From positions 128,092,001-128,156,000 of the forward strand of contig CM097886.1 of assembly GCA_044892525.1 (NCBI GenBank): a stretch of 64,000 bases of DNA. The letters are read 5' to 3'. The notes under the pieces are model-generated. The model worked only from the letters and a program-made list of their open reading frames with translations, did no database searches and was not told the origin of the DNA. The position numbers and the translations under genes are program-made. Positions 12,925 through 25,039 of the stretch are shown here, in pieces. Positions within the stretch are counted from its first letter, which is position 1. Every line of letters starts with the position of its first letter. Source of the stretch: Schmidtea polychroa (Eukaryota).

Positions 12925-15900
12925 TTAATAACCGAAAGAAATTTCAATTAGAGAGAAAGCAGAGATAAGAGGACTGGCTAAATGCTGTTTTGAAGTGATC
13001 AGTATCTACTTAAGTTCGAAATAATTCATTTTATAAATAAACAGTTATTTATTGGATTAATTACATTAATTACAGTTTATCAAAAAAAAAATTTTGTGAG
13101 AAAGACAATTTCGAATGTTTAAAATTTAGAAAAATGAAGTAATTTGAAAACTTATTTTAAGTAAAAAATATTAAATATCATATTTGGAGGGAATTTTAGA
13201 ATATATTAGTTTGCTCAAATGTTCATATTTCGTGTGAGTAATTAGCAACAAGAGAATCAAAAAGTAAGTAAATATTTCAATGGAAATATCAGACAAATTT
13301 CGTATGAGTGATGGAAGATTATTAAATTTTCAATAAAATTTGCGAAAAATGTTTAAAATTTAAATAATTTAATAAGTACTGTTAGGTCGTTTCTATTATT
13401 GCAATATATTTGAAACTTTCATATTTAAGAGAAGGCCAACCAGTGAAATAGAAATGGCTTGACAGCATGAATAAGGTGAACCATTGTAACATCAGCTACA
13501 TTTCCAATCATTATAATTAGGCTTATGTTATAGTAGACAATTTTATTATTAAATATTATTTATATTATCATTATATTATAATTATGGTTATGTTTATAAC
13601 CACTCTCCTTATCACTCTCCTTTTCTCGTTTCAACATATAAATAACTATTATAATATCTTACAAGGCGATATTAAGGCAAACAAATATTTCTCATTAAAG
13701 GCTAATTCCCGAAAATATATCCGCCAGTTCATGTTACCTCAATGAATTGATGAATTAAAAGGAATTTCTTTTAATACGAAATTATAGAACATTCAAAATG
13801 ATTAATAATTTCATAGAACCTTAAGGATCAATAACCAACAAATCATATTGAAAGCATTTTGTGTGATCCTGTCAATCGTACACGAATAACCCTTGAAACT
13901 GTGAGCAATATCAATTGTAATAATGCGCTTTAACTCCTTTGTGTATTCTCACGGAAGCGTAATCATGTGCAGCTGTCCAATAGCACCGGTACGAATACCT
14001 TATGAAAACTATTTAATCAATCTTATCCTTGTGGTGAGCGATGCGCAAACAAATTTATTGATATGATATTGATTGGCATAGAAAACACTAATGAATAATC
14101 AATTGCACCATTAGCACAGTCATTTGCAATCATTTGCATTCATGGCACATCCAACACTCCGAAATCAAAGCCAAGACATTTGAAAGGTTACAATTGCAAC
14201 TTTATCAACGGCCAAGCATCATTCAAACCGTTACCAAATTCCAATAATTGTCGAGAATTAAAATTGTGGATGCATTAAATGGATGATGAAGGTGAAGTGA
14301 AAGGTGACTAGTGTAGCTCCCAAAAGTGTTATAGACAAACATGAAATCAGTAAAAATTAAATTTCAAATTACTTTGAGAATCAAATGATATTTCAATATC
14401 CTTTGAACTGGTTTGAGGAGGAATGTACTGAGTGGTAATTGATGTCCGAGCTGTGTTTGGCACTGAATAAGGCTTTGCCACGTGTGCGACGCAGTAGTCT
14501 CCATGCGATGCAAATGTTTCACGGACCTAAGATAAGAATTTCTCAATCATCGAGTAGTTATTAAACCCACTGTGTATAATTTGTGCAGTATTCTGAATAT
14601 AGAGTTTCAAAATGACCGATTTCTTCGAGAAAACATTCTGATAACCGATGGAGACTATTGAATTCATAAGAATTCATTAATTTGAGCTTCTCCAGGAACA
14701 ATCTGAAATGGCATCGGCAACATTAAATGACAAATTAGCGTATGATATACAATTGCTAGAATTACGGCTATGCATTAACATATCCATATTTATCATATTC
14801 GTTAGATAAACATTCAAAATCAAGGAAACCGAATGTTATCCTACAGTACAATTCAATGGAAACAAGCGGTATACCGGCCTTAAGGAATAATCCCAATTCA
14901 ATGGAGTTTTCCACACGATTCTATTGACTGATTAAATTAATTATATCGCAACTTAATTAGCTTTATAAGAACTTTCGATTTTCACCTCTGATTTCTTTTC
15001 TTTTTCAATTGACATTATATTTATTAAAAAAAATGACTACGAATCAGTGAAACATTGATATCTTTACTGATCCATATTCAATTTTTTAATAAATATAATA
15101 TCAACTTAATTAGTAATTTATTTAAATTATAGATATCAATTTTATTCTTATTCTCTTTCAATTTCTTTCAAATATCAACATATTTTGTTGTTTGGCTGTA
15201 ATGGCAAATATTCTTTTCGTTCGATACACATTGGTCAAGGGTTACTCACTGATTTTCCAGCTATTAACCCGTCATTTACCAAGCCATTTTAGAACGTCGC
15301 ATACCAAGCCGGTCATTTTGACCTACTTAAAAATATTGGGTAAAAATGAGTTATAAAAAAAGAAACAAAACATGTGTTATATGCATAATTGAGCTCACAC
15401 TGACAGGCACGCGATCGTGAAGCATGGCAATGCGACCTCCTTGTTTCATAATAATAAATTTTGAATAATATAATCAAAATAATTATTTAAACTTTTTGAT
15501 TGATTGATTGATTTGCCGGTCATTTTGACCGGCTTGGCACGGCATAGGTTAATGTGTCCCAAGCAAAGTCAAGCTACCGCCACTACAACAATAACTATCC
15601 AATCCTTTAATTTATCTGATCCTATTGGAGCTTTCTATCTGCCTATGCATGGCAGCTGAATAATCTCTAATAAATGAATTATTCATTAGGCCACCCGAGG
15701 AAGGGGAATGTATTTAAACTTATTATTTTTAAATTAACAGATATTTGGCAAGAACTGACTCTTGATATTACGCTCATAACAAGGAAGTCGGGAAACTACG
15801 GAGCACAACAGGCAGAATAAATTATATAGAAGATTTAGGAATCGCACCAAACTTTAAATTTGGTCAAGCTGTATATCTTATATCTAGTACATTAAGGTCC

Positions 15901-18900
15901 ATCTTGCCGAAATTCAACAAAAGGCGGACAAAAATTTGATTGACTTTATACAATCATAGAAATTTAGGCAGTAAACGAATCCAAGGGACTTTTTAGCAAA
16001 TATCATTGGATGAACATAACTCTCTAAACATAATGATCGCTACCAGAGATTCTCAAGTATAAATGAACAATGTCATTTAATTAAGTTAGCAATGTTTTGA
16101 TGGAGTTTCTATAAAGTTCTAATTCGTGACAAAGTTCACAGAAAATTTCAATATTCGATAGTCAGTGCATGCACAGCAATAGGAACTAAAACGTAGTGCA
16201 GAAAAAATCATTCAGTTAGCAAATCCAAGATCATTAACGTGACTCGAAGTTCCCTTAACTATAATTGAGATGTGCTAATCGATAAAAGTCCTACTCAAAT
16301 GAGGCGTCACAGTTATTTCTGATAGGCCGTAGGTAGAGGAAAGTCGATGACAGGCTTTGCATAACACACACACACACATATATATAACGTATATTACCAA
16401 ATAGTATCACTACACCTAATAGTATCATTAATACTATATTTAGTGATACTATTTAAATAATATCACCATATTAAAACATTGTATATGGAGTGTATATGGA
16501 GTGGAGTTCTGTAAGGCGTGGATTTCTTCAAACACCGAATCCCGATTAAATAACGAGTCTATACTTGATGAAAATGATTATTATGAGGACGTTGAGTATT
16601 TGGATGATGATGATGAATAAATTTTTGATAATTATCTAAACTTATTTTTTATTAAAATGACCAAAGCACTTAATAATATCACTATACTAACTCTAATATC
16701 TAATATATTTTTTTTTGGTGATATTATTTTTATAGTATCACTGATACNNNNNNNNNNNNNNNNNNNNNNNNNNNNNNNNNNNNNNNNNNNNNNNNNNNNN
16801 NNNNNNNNNNNNNNNNNNNNNNNNNNNNNNNNNNNNNNNNNNNNNNNNNNNNNNNNNNNNNNNNNNNNNNNNNNNNNNNNNNNNNNNNNNNNNNNNNNNN
16901 NNNNNNNNNCTTAACACTCTTATACCTTATTAAATCAAGCAAGAAAATAATATCCAGCGAGACTATGACCGGAATTCTGGTATCAGAGGTAAGGTTCTTG
17001 AATTAATAAGTGAATTGCGTTACATTTATCATTTTTATATCCCATAAACTCTTGAAACTTCGCGGAATAAATTACGAATTATCCAATAAAAGTAATTGTA
17101 AAAAAGAATTACATTACTTACGCACAATGGAGAATTTTTTTATGTATATTCACGGTAAATTTCGTCAACAAAACTTAGAAATTACTTGGGAGGAAGTTAT
17201 TTTCATATTATTATTTTAAGTCTATCCAATTATTCTCAACTTGCGTGACTACTCGTCAGTTTTAATTGACAAACCATTGATCACTAGACACAATTAGTTT
17301 ACATCCAAACTTACGGTATTAAAATTAAACAATTATTTTCGATTCCCAGAAGAAATTGGTAAGATTTCGATAAATACTTAAACGAGTACAAAGGTTGTGT
17401 TGATTCTATTTTCCAAATCTATAATAATGAATTGGGATAATTATGGTGATAATAAACCTTTCTTAACATTTTCTTGATTAACTTCTTATGTATACTGCTT
17501 ATGCGGGAGCCCACAATGAATCCAGCGCGCCTGACCGTAGCACAAGCAATACAAGAAGTTTATGCCGCTATCTCCGGCCGATAACGGTTCGAGACGGAGC
17601 TAAGAGATGAAACCATTCCGAGCACGGGTGGCGAACTGCTGCACTTATTCAATAACACTTTGTTCAAACCCACTCGTGACATAAAGGAACATCATCCCAG
17701 AAGGGATAAAAATTACTCTACTTTCGAATTTATAATCGTGACGCTCGCCACAAATGCGATTATCCTGTACGTTATTTGAAGATTCAGACTTGTGTATTAA
17801 ATATTATTTCGGTGTCATTATTTATTTTATAAATTGTTTTATTCAATTGTGTTTATCCATGTATGAATGTTTGTATATGATGATCATGACTAGAAATCTT
17901 GATCGAATGATGCAGTAAATGGGTGATGAAAACCATAAGTTGTCAGGAACAAATAATTTCAAAAGTATATAAAATTTTGTAGAACTCCTTCAAATTCTGT
18001 CTATTATTTTCGTTTAGATGAATATAATTTCGTTTTGTTCTAATGGAGAAAATATTAGAGGGATTCAGGGTGGGTTTGAAATTCACTTTGTAGTAGATTG
18101 AAGTACACTGAGCACAAACCGAACGCCTTAAGAACTGGTGCTAAAGTATGGAGGCCACCTGGTTCCAACCCTTGCCTAGGAAGAAACAAAAGCAACTAGT
18201 GGCTCAACTCCAGACGTAATTCATACTAGATCAGATGGAGATTCATGCTTGGAAAGTAAGGATTCGGCAGTTGAAAGTAAACAATTACCAAACAAACATC
18301 GACAAACATATGACCATACAGATTCAGCCAGAATCTAATTCGAAAGATGTCCATGTAAATCGATCAAACCAGAGAGGAGCGAAGGTAGTGGTTGCGCCAA
18401 GGGAAAAAAATAACAGGCCAATGGATTCACAAGGAAGCTCGTGCAACCGGTCATGCCCGTCGGGGTTTAGAGCTTTCAATGTCTCTCAAGCACCTGCCAC
18501 GAACGTTACTAACAGATGAAATTTGTAATTACATTTAATCTTTCTATAAAGCGAAAGTGATAGATTTGGAACTTTAATTATTTTGTCTGCTAGCATTTGA
18601 GATCTGTTTTGTGCTAAATTTTGATTATGAGATGGAACCAGAACGAAAGACGGACAGTAGGTTTTCTCTCAGCCATCCTTGAACCTAGTATACCAGGTTG
18701 CGCTGGGAATACCACAAGGAGTAAAATGTTGATAACCTGCAACCGTTAAAATTGCTTTTAATAATTATTTCCAAATATCTGGCGTGTTTATCAACTATTT
18801 TATAGATTTAACTTGTAAACATTCTATGAATTCCAATACAAATTATTCCATTAATCACTTTATTTTCTATTTTCGCACAAATTCCATTTTCAGTTTTTGT

Positions 18901-21900
18901 TGAATTTTAATATACGAACTATTCCCTTGACGTTGTTTGACATGATCCAATGTCTTTCAAAAATCTTATTGTACATATCAATAATCGGCACCCACAGCTC
19001 AAGGAATGCGCGTCAGTAATCAACCATATCAAATATAAAAATTGCGAGCATTATACCACTCATTATTGGTGCGTTTTAATTGTGGGCGGGAGGCAGTGGT
19101 GCATATCCCGGTACAATCGGAGTTCTTAACTTTAAATAAAGTGCTGGACCTAGAATCATTAACACATTGACTGCCATGTGGACTAATTCTGATATGTTAA
19201 TTACGACTTATATAAGTATCTTGTAGTTTGGCTGTGAACGTGCTAATTATATTTACAATAAAGACTCGTTATAAGTATTCAAAATGAACTATTTTTATAC
19301 TTTCTAATAAGAAAATTTTACTAATGAATAATTCATCTACAGAACAAATGAGTGATAAATTATCAATATTATTGTAACCCATCTACATTCTAATCCAATA
19401 AAGATACAATATTTAAAAATTTTTCTATCCTTTATTAGTAGTTTTCGTAAATTAAAATTTTTTTTTCTTATAAGTAATCTCGCTATAAGAAGCCACCTTA
19501 AGGTATTACTGTGTTATAATATTTCAATGTGATTTTTTTATCTTTTGAAGTCTTAACTATATTCTGAAAGCGAACATGTTCTCAAATTTTTCTTATAGCA
19601 CAAATTCTGATAAATATTCATAATTTATGAATTTATATTTTCTACATGTTTTGCCTCATTTTTCATCATAAGTTGCAAAACTTCTTGAATTACAACTTTT
19701 GACAAATTTGGTCATCTGAATAACTGAATTTTTGGATTTATTTTATGTAAAGACCAGTGAGACTATATGACGTGTATATATATATCTTCGCTTTTGAATA
19801 AGTAGGCCGCGCTCTTTCTTTCTAACAAATCTGATGTTACATTAGCTGAAAGAAGCAAATCTCTGCTTATAAGCCATTCGGGCGTGTACAGCTCCTTCAA
19901 CGCTCACAATTGCTGACCCCCATTACTGCTGATTAACATATTAGCTGCCACAAATTAAGAAAAAATTGTCCTCTGAGCAAAGTCGGTTGTTCAGTTAATA
20001 TTACTTGTATTATTGTTATTACACGTATGGAGGTCCATGAGGCTAGATTTGATGGGGTAAGTGAGACACGGCACAGGTGTCTTACGGCTCAAACGCACGA
20101 AAATCTGACACACGACATGCATGTTTCATGGCAACTAACGTGTTAATAATATTACTTTTATCTGGGATAAATAAAAGGTGAAATTCATTTGAAAATTTAG
20201 AGGAAGAAATTAATTTTTTGATATAAACTGTGACAGGGGTAACCAAGAGTGCTACAACTGAAACTTTGTTGCTTATCCATTGCAGCCCCGTTAACAGTTG
20301 TGAAAGGACAAGCGAAGGTCAAGATAAATCTGTATCATAATGAAAACGCAATACAGCTATAATTTATTCATAAATTATTCAGATATGTCGTCAATAATTT
20401 GCACTGTGTTTCTGAGAAAATTTGTTAGAAAATTATAAATTAGTTTGAAGGCGCTTGATATAAATTGAAAATTTTCTATTTCGAATTAAATGACTAAAAA
20501 TAAATTCTAGAGACATGCTATTGTTGTAGGGTATTGACCAGCCACAGACAGACAAGGCGGGACAGTCCGCGTGGGCATTCTCTGTCATCTGTAGTTCTAG
20601 TTCTAATGTAAGTCTTTGTTTTTGGACTTACAATTGAATCAGCTAACTTATGAATTGTAATTTGTAACACATTTCTATTCGAATGGCGCAAGGGGTCAGC
20701 TATAGTTATTAAATAAGGTGACTTCCATTCATACTTAATAAGAAACTATTCCACGAGTGTCATGCTACAACAGAGAGACTAGAATAGGAAATAAATACAT
20801 GGGAACTGAAGCCCTATAAATAAATAAATATAATATCAACGTATACATGCAATATCTCACGTCGCACATATAAAGACACAAAGTGTGGGGTTAATAAAAT
20901 GAGGACGGGTCGTTATGAAGGACATGACAGATGATGTTGATATAATTATTTCATATTAATAATACATTCAAATATAAACATTCAGCAAGCGCATTGCAGA
21001 TGTTAAGTAGAAAAAATAATCTTACGAGTGAAATATGCGTAAATTCCTCCAATTTGAGAATATTAGTTCAACCTCTTCGTGATTGGTGAATATCGAGTCG
21101 GACATTTTCAGGTAGCCCTAGAATAGATGAATATAAGGATAGAAACGGGAAATATGAGACTCGTGTATCATAACTGCCACCTGTCTCTAAGAGTAATAAC
21201 GTAGACTAAATTTAAAATATCCGTATGGTTATTATTCCGATCCAAGCCGTATGTGAGTGTATTGCATAATTGTTTGTTAATATTGCGTTCCATCACATGG
21301 AGCTAATTTTTGTCCATCGAAATTCTTATTGATATAATGATAAATTACATGCAACCAATACGACTTGAACAAGTCTCACTGCGCTTTGATACTTTTATGT
21401 CATCTTGGAGTGAACCAAAGTAAAGTTGTTTATAACAAGACATATTCCTTTATAAATATTCAGTGGACTGGGGACAATTGTGAGTAATTATTCAAAAGTA
21501 CCGACACAAATTTAAGGGTTCAGTGCAAAGTTCAAGGTATTCATTACATCAAGAATTTGAATTACCCAGAAGAGGTTCCATCTATATGCACTGATACTTA
21601 GTAAGGTTTCGCTATATTTTCTTAACTTTTTTTAATTTCTTGGAAACTTTTTGGAATATTTTAGAAACGCAAGCTCTTTATACAAAAAAAAGTACCTTTG
21701 AGGAAACCTGAGTACTTTCTGGGATATCTAAGGGAAAAATTCCAATAAACAGTGAATACCAAAACCAGCCAGACTAATTTAGTAGAAGATATCAAAAATG
21801 AAATTATTACTTACCTCCTCAACTTCCATGAGACTTCTCACATATACATACTCGGTTTCCACGAGTTCCTGCATTACGAGGTGCCATTTTTCACGATCAA

Positions 21901-22167
21901 TATCGGTGTTTAAATGACCATTGGGACAATGGGAGAACTTGTTGACGATATGTTTAACTGTTGCTTGTGATCGTGATTGTAGCACCTTGTCCTTTTCAAA
22001 CATGAAACACTGGTCTTCATCATTGAGACTCGATGTACCACTATCTTTGAGCTGAGACTTGGCTACAATGGAATGGAGAGGTGGATCAATAGTTTCGCCG
22101 ATTTCTATGTTGATGATTTTGTGATCATTGAAACATGTTTCCATAAATTTCTGCAGCTCATTTGGTC
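8003..22167 (-). CDS. PLEKHG1/2/3-like DH-PH Rho guanine nucleotide exchange factor (5' end unresolved)
   Basis: Phase-consistent GT-AG exons: 22167-21815, 21117-21026, 14702-14571, 14526-14373, 12643-12311, 12263-12044, 10591-10032, 9982-9747, 8510-8003 (854 aa from Met at 22144). DH motifs [21 protein letters not shown] and [32 protein letters not shown]-terminus [12 protein letters not shown]. The 12044-10591 join is the least certain. Confidence 0.9.
9508..9588. mobile_element. 81-bp piggyBac-type mini-MITE
   Basis: TTAA|CACGTTGAACGCCG...CGGCGTTCAACGTG|TTAA, perfect 14-bp TIR, in a RhoGEF intron. Confidence 0.8.
11029..11901. mobile_element. Solo LTR in RhoGEF intron
   Basis: TGTTGAGG...ATACCCAACA termini. 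4-bp TSD CTAT at 11025-11028 and 11902-11905. The 3' end resembles ATACCCAATA of the 3538-4364 LTR. Confidence 0.8.
12841..12923. repeat. (ATA)n microsatellite
   Basis: Uninterrupted ATA run. Confidence 0.95.
15268..15548. mobile_element. piggyBac-type MITE (degenerate TIRs)
   Basis: TTAA at both ends, CC/GG termini, shared subterminal CCAAGCCGGTCA motifs in inverted orientation. Confidence 0.6.
16748..16909. other. Assembly gap (N run)
   Basis: Run of N. Confidence 1.
19163..20142. mobile_element. Non-autonomous piggyBac-type element
   Basis: TTAA|CACATTGACTGCCATG...CATGGCAACTAACGTG|TTAA, imperfect 16-bp TIR. Confidence 0.65.
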
Positions 22168-23310
22168 CTAGAGAGGAAAAGATTTGAATAAGTTACAAAA
22201 TCAACGAGTTATATAAATAAATAATGATGAACAATAATGATGAACAGCAATGATGTGCAGTGCAAACCTAAAACTCTTGAATAAGCCGTAAATAAGACCG
22301 TTAGTGATATATGCACTGCAATGGATAAGATAAATTTGCGGATAATCCAAATGCAATTGAAAATTAATTTCAAGCCAGGCAGTAGCTGCTCACAAAATAT
22401 AAGCACAGCAACAAGAAGGGGCTGCAATGCAAAATTGATAATATCGGGACTTGGGAATAAAATGGGCTATTTGATTAGTCACTAGCAAAATTATTCCTCA
22501 CTTGAGACAGGCAGCCTTGAACTATGATAGCATCGGCAATGGTGGGCTAGCCTCCAGTGGAGATATGTTATTAGACATTCGGCGACTGAAGGTCGACTTA
22601 ATTATGAGTTTTACGCGGAAAATTAATCAGTCGTTCATCGGTCAGTAGAAATGACTTTGTCATCGCATTTTTATACGTGGATATTCCTGATGAGACAGAC
22701 CGGCTTCGTCTGTTGAACTGGAGATAAAATTATCAGCTTTGGGAGAATAATTGTTCGCATAGCTCATATTCATTTCTTACGGTAAACCGCTTTAAGATTG
22801 GTAATGGTAATTTGTAAATATTATTTAGGAACAAGAATTTTTTGCATTCATCTTCATCCGTGAACCCTTAAAGCTGATCCTGGAATAGTTTAGGATTGCA
22901 ATCGGTTATGTATGATTATGAGGTGAGAAGATGAGAAGTAATGGAGATTTGAAGGAAAAATTAGTATTTTAAATCATGTTTGACACGAAGGAAATAAATC
23001 AATTATGCATCGAGGATTCGTAAGTCCATATTTATACTTTAAATGAACAGTAGAAAAATTATCTTGGAAATAGGAAAATATATCGACAAAATGTGTAGGG
23101 TATGAACACTGAATTAATGGTGGTGCAATGTAAGTGCCAGAGTTGTCCAGTCATGATTAAATAAGACCTTTAGAAGTGAAAAACGAAATAGTGCGCAACA
23201 ACAATGTTGGAAATTCTGAACCAAAAATTTCAATCAAAATTCAAATAAATTCTTCCTAGGGAAAATAAACTGATCAACGTTAAAATTATAAATAAATTTA
23301 CTGACGGAGT

Positions 23311-23772
23311 CATGGGCATATGCGGGTGGGGACAAGTGGAGACACTTGCCCCACCCCTGAATTTCCCAAACCATTCTATTTTTCGATTAATTTAAACACA
23401 TTTTAATAGATGAGCTCAAATAATGTTGGAAAAGCCCAAGACAAAAAAAATTAATAAAAAGATTTAATTTAAAGATGCTTCATGTTTTTTTAATGTTATT
23501 AATTATATTTGGAAATCAATGATTTCAAATCATCTTATTTGTATAAAAACTTTCAATATTAACTGACGTTCTGGTTTTAAAAAGTGTTCTATTTTGTAAA
23601 TTAATGAAAAAAAAGTTCTATTTTGTAAATAAACGAAAAAAGTCCTATTTTGTATAATGCCCCAAATATTTATTATACAAATGCATTTTTTTCAACTCCC
23701 CCCTAGAAAAATTGTCTACTTGGTAAAAAAATATTTCTGCCCCCCTTGGAAAAATTTCTGTGGACGCCAATG
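23311..23772. mobile_element. Probable hAT-type MITE with CATGGGC termini
   Basis: CATGGGC...GCCAATG ends, G/C-run subterminal blocks, imperfect TSD GACGGAGT / ACCGGAGT. Confidence 0.5.
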
Positions 23773-23967
23773 ACCGGAGTTTATAAAGTTTTCATTAATT
23801 ATTATTTTCTACTTTTTGAAAATACGAATTATACTGTATTTATTTTTATTGATAATATAATTATTATTATTATTTTTATTATGATTATTATTATTATTAA
23901 TATTATTATTTTTATTATTATAACAATCGCTAAATAATGGCATCGATTTAAATCTAACGAAAAGCAC

Positions 23968-23969
<2 letters not shown>

Positions 23970-24014
<45 letters not shown>

Positions 24015-24899
24015 ACTACAATATATTTCGACAGAATCACTGTCATCTTCGGGTAGAATTGAAATCAAACTAAATCAATATAAATTGCTTCTTTTTTAAA
24101 CAAACTAATTAACTAATTCATTAATTTTTTTAAAATTAATTTCGCTAAAAATTTACAAAATTCTGTTTTTTATATTCAAATTTTAAAAATTATAAAACTT
24201 TTAAAACTCACAAAAGTAGAAATCAAACAAGATTCTAATAAATTTTTCACAAAATTGTGTTTACTAATATTAATCAATTGCTTCAGTCGACAGTTATCCA
24301 GAACTTGAGAACGGAGATTCTCAAGAACGGAGTTCTCAAGTTCTGGATAACTATCGACTGAGGGAATTGAATTATATCAGCAAGCACAGTTTTTTGTTTA
24401 GGCTTACATTTCAACGTTGGAAGGTGGTATCTAATTCCTGTTTTTTAAACTTCGTGTTTATTAGTGGATTTCAATTATTACTTAGGTGGTTTTCGGATCT
24501 TGGTTATAAATATTTATGTCATGGGTGCAATGCCACATACATTGGAATGACTGTCCGTCATCTCCGTTTTCAAGTTCCTGATCACTATCGACTGAAGCAA
24601 TTGATTAATATTAGTAAACACAATTTTGTAGAAAATTTATTAGAATCTTGTTTGATTTCTATTTTTGTGAGTTTTAAAAGTTTTAAAGATTTTAAAACTT
24701 TTATAATTTTTAAAATTTGAATATAAAAAACAGAATTTTGTAAATTTTTAGCGAAATTAATTTTAAAAAAATTAATGAATTAGTTAATTAGTTTCTTTAA
24801 AAAAGAAGCAATTTATATTGATTTAGTTTGATTTCAATTCTATCCGAAGATGACAGTGATTCTGTCGAAATATATTGTAGTAAAATATATATATTGGAT
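23970..24899. mobile_element. Penelope-like retroelement 3' end (GIY-YIG fragment) with inverted duplicate
   Basis: YKYLCHGCNATYIGMTVRHLRFQVPDH (from 24505, +) matches the PLE GIY-YIG consensus. About 23970-24316 is an inverted copy of about 24555-24899 with substitutions and an indel. Confidence 0.6.
24844..24895 (+). ncRNA. Degenerate minimal hammerhead-ribozyme-like motif in the Penelope terminal repeat
   Basis: CCGAAGA-T-GACAG-TGATT-CTGTC-GAAA followed by a pairable ATATATT...AATATAT stem III and AUA. The core has C at U4 and stem I pairs poorly. An inverted copy lies at about 24005-24052. Confidence 0.4.
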
Positions 24900-25039
24900 N
24901 NNNNNNNNNNNNNNNNNNNNNNNNNNNNNNNNNNNNNNNNNNNNNNNNNNNNNNNNNNNNNNNNNNNNNNNNNNNNNNNNNNNNNNNNNNNNNNNNNNNN
25001 NNNNNNNNNNNNNNNNNNNNNNNNNNNNNNNNNNNNNNN
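24900..25039. other. Assembly gap (N run)
   Basis: Run of N. Confidence 1.

Noticed and set aside
16318-16350. CTGATAGGCCGTAGG...GGAAA hammerhead-like string
   Set aside because: The core and stem II do not fit the consensus.
22686-22720. CTGATGAG-ACAGAC...GTCTGT-TGAAC hammerhead-like hairpin
   Set aside because: GAAC instead of GAAA, and no compatible stem I/III or NUH site.
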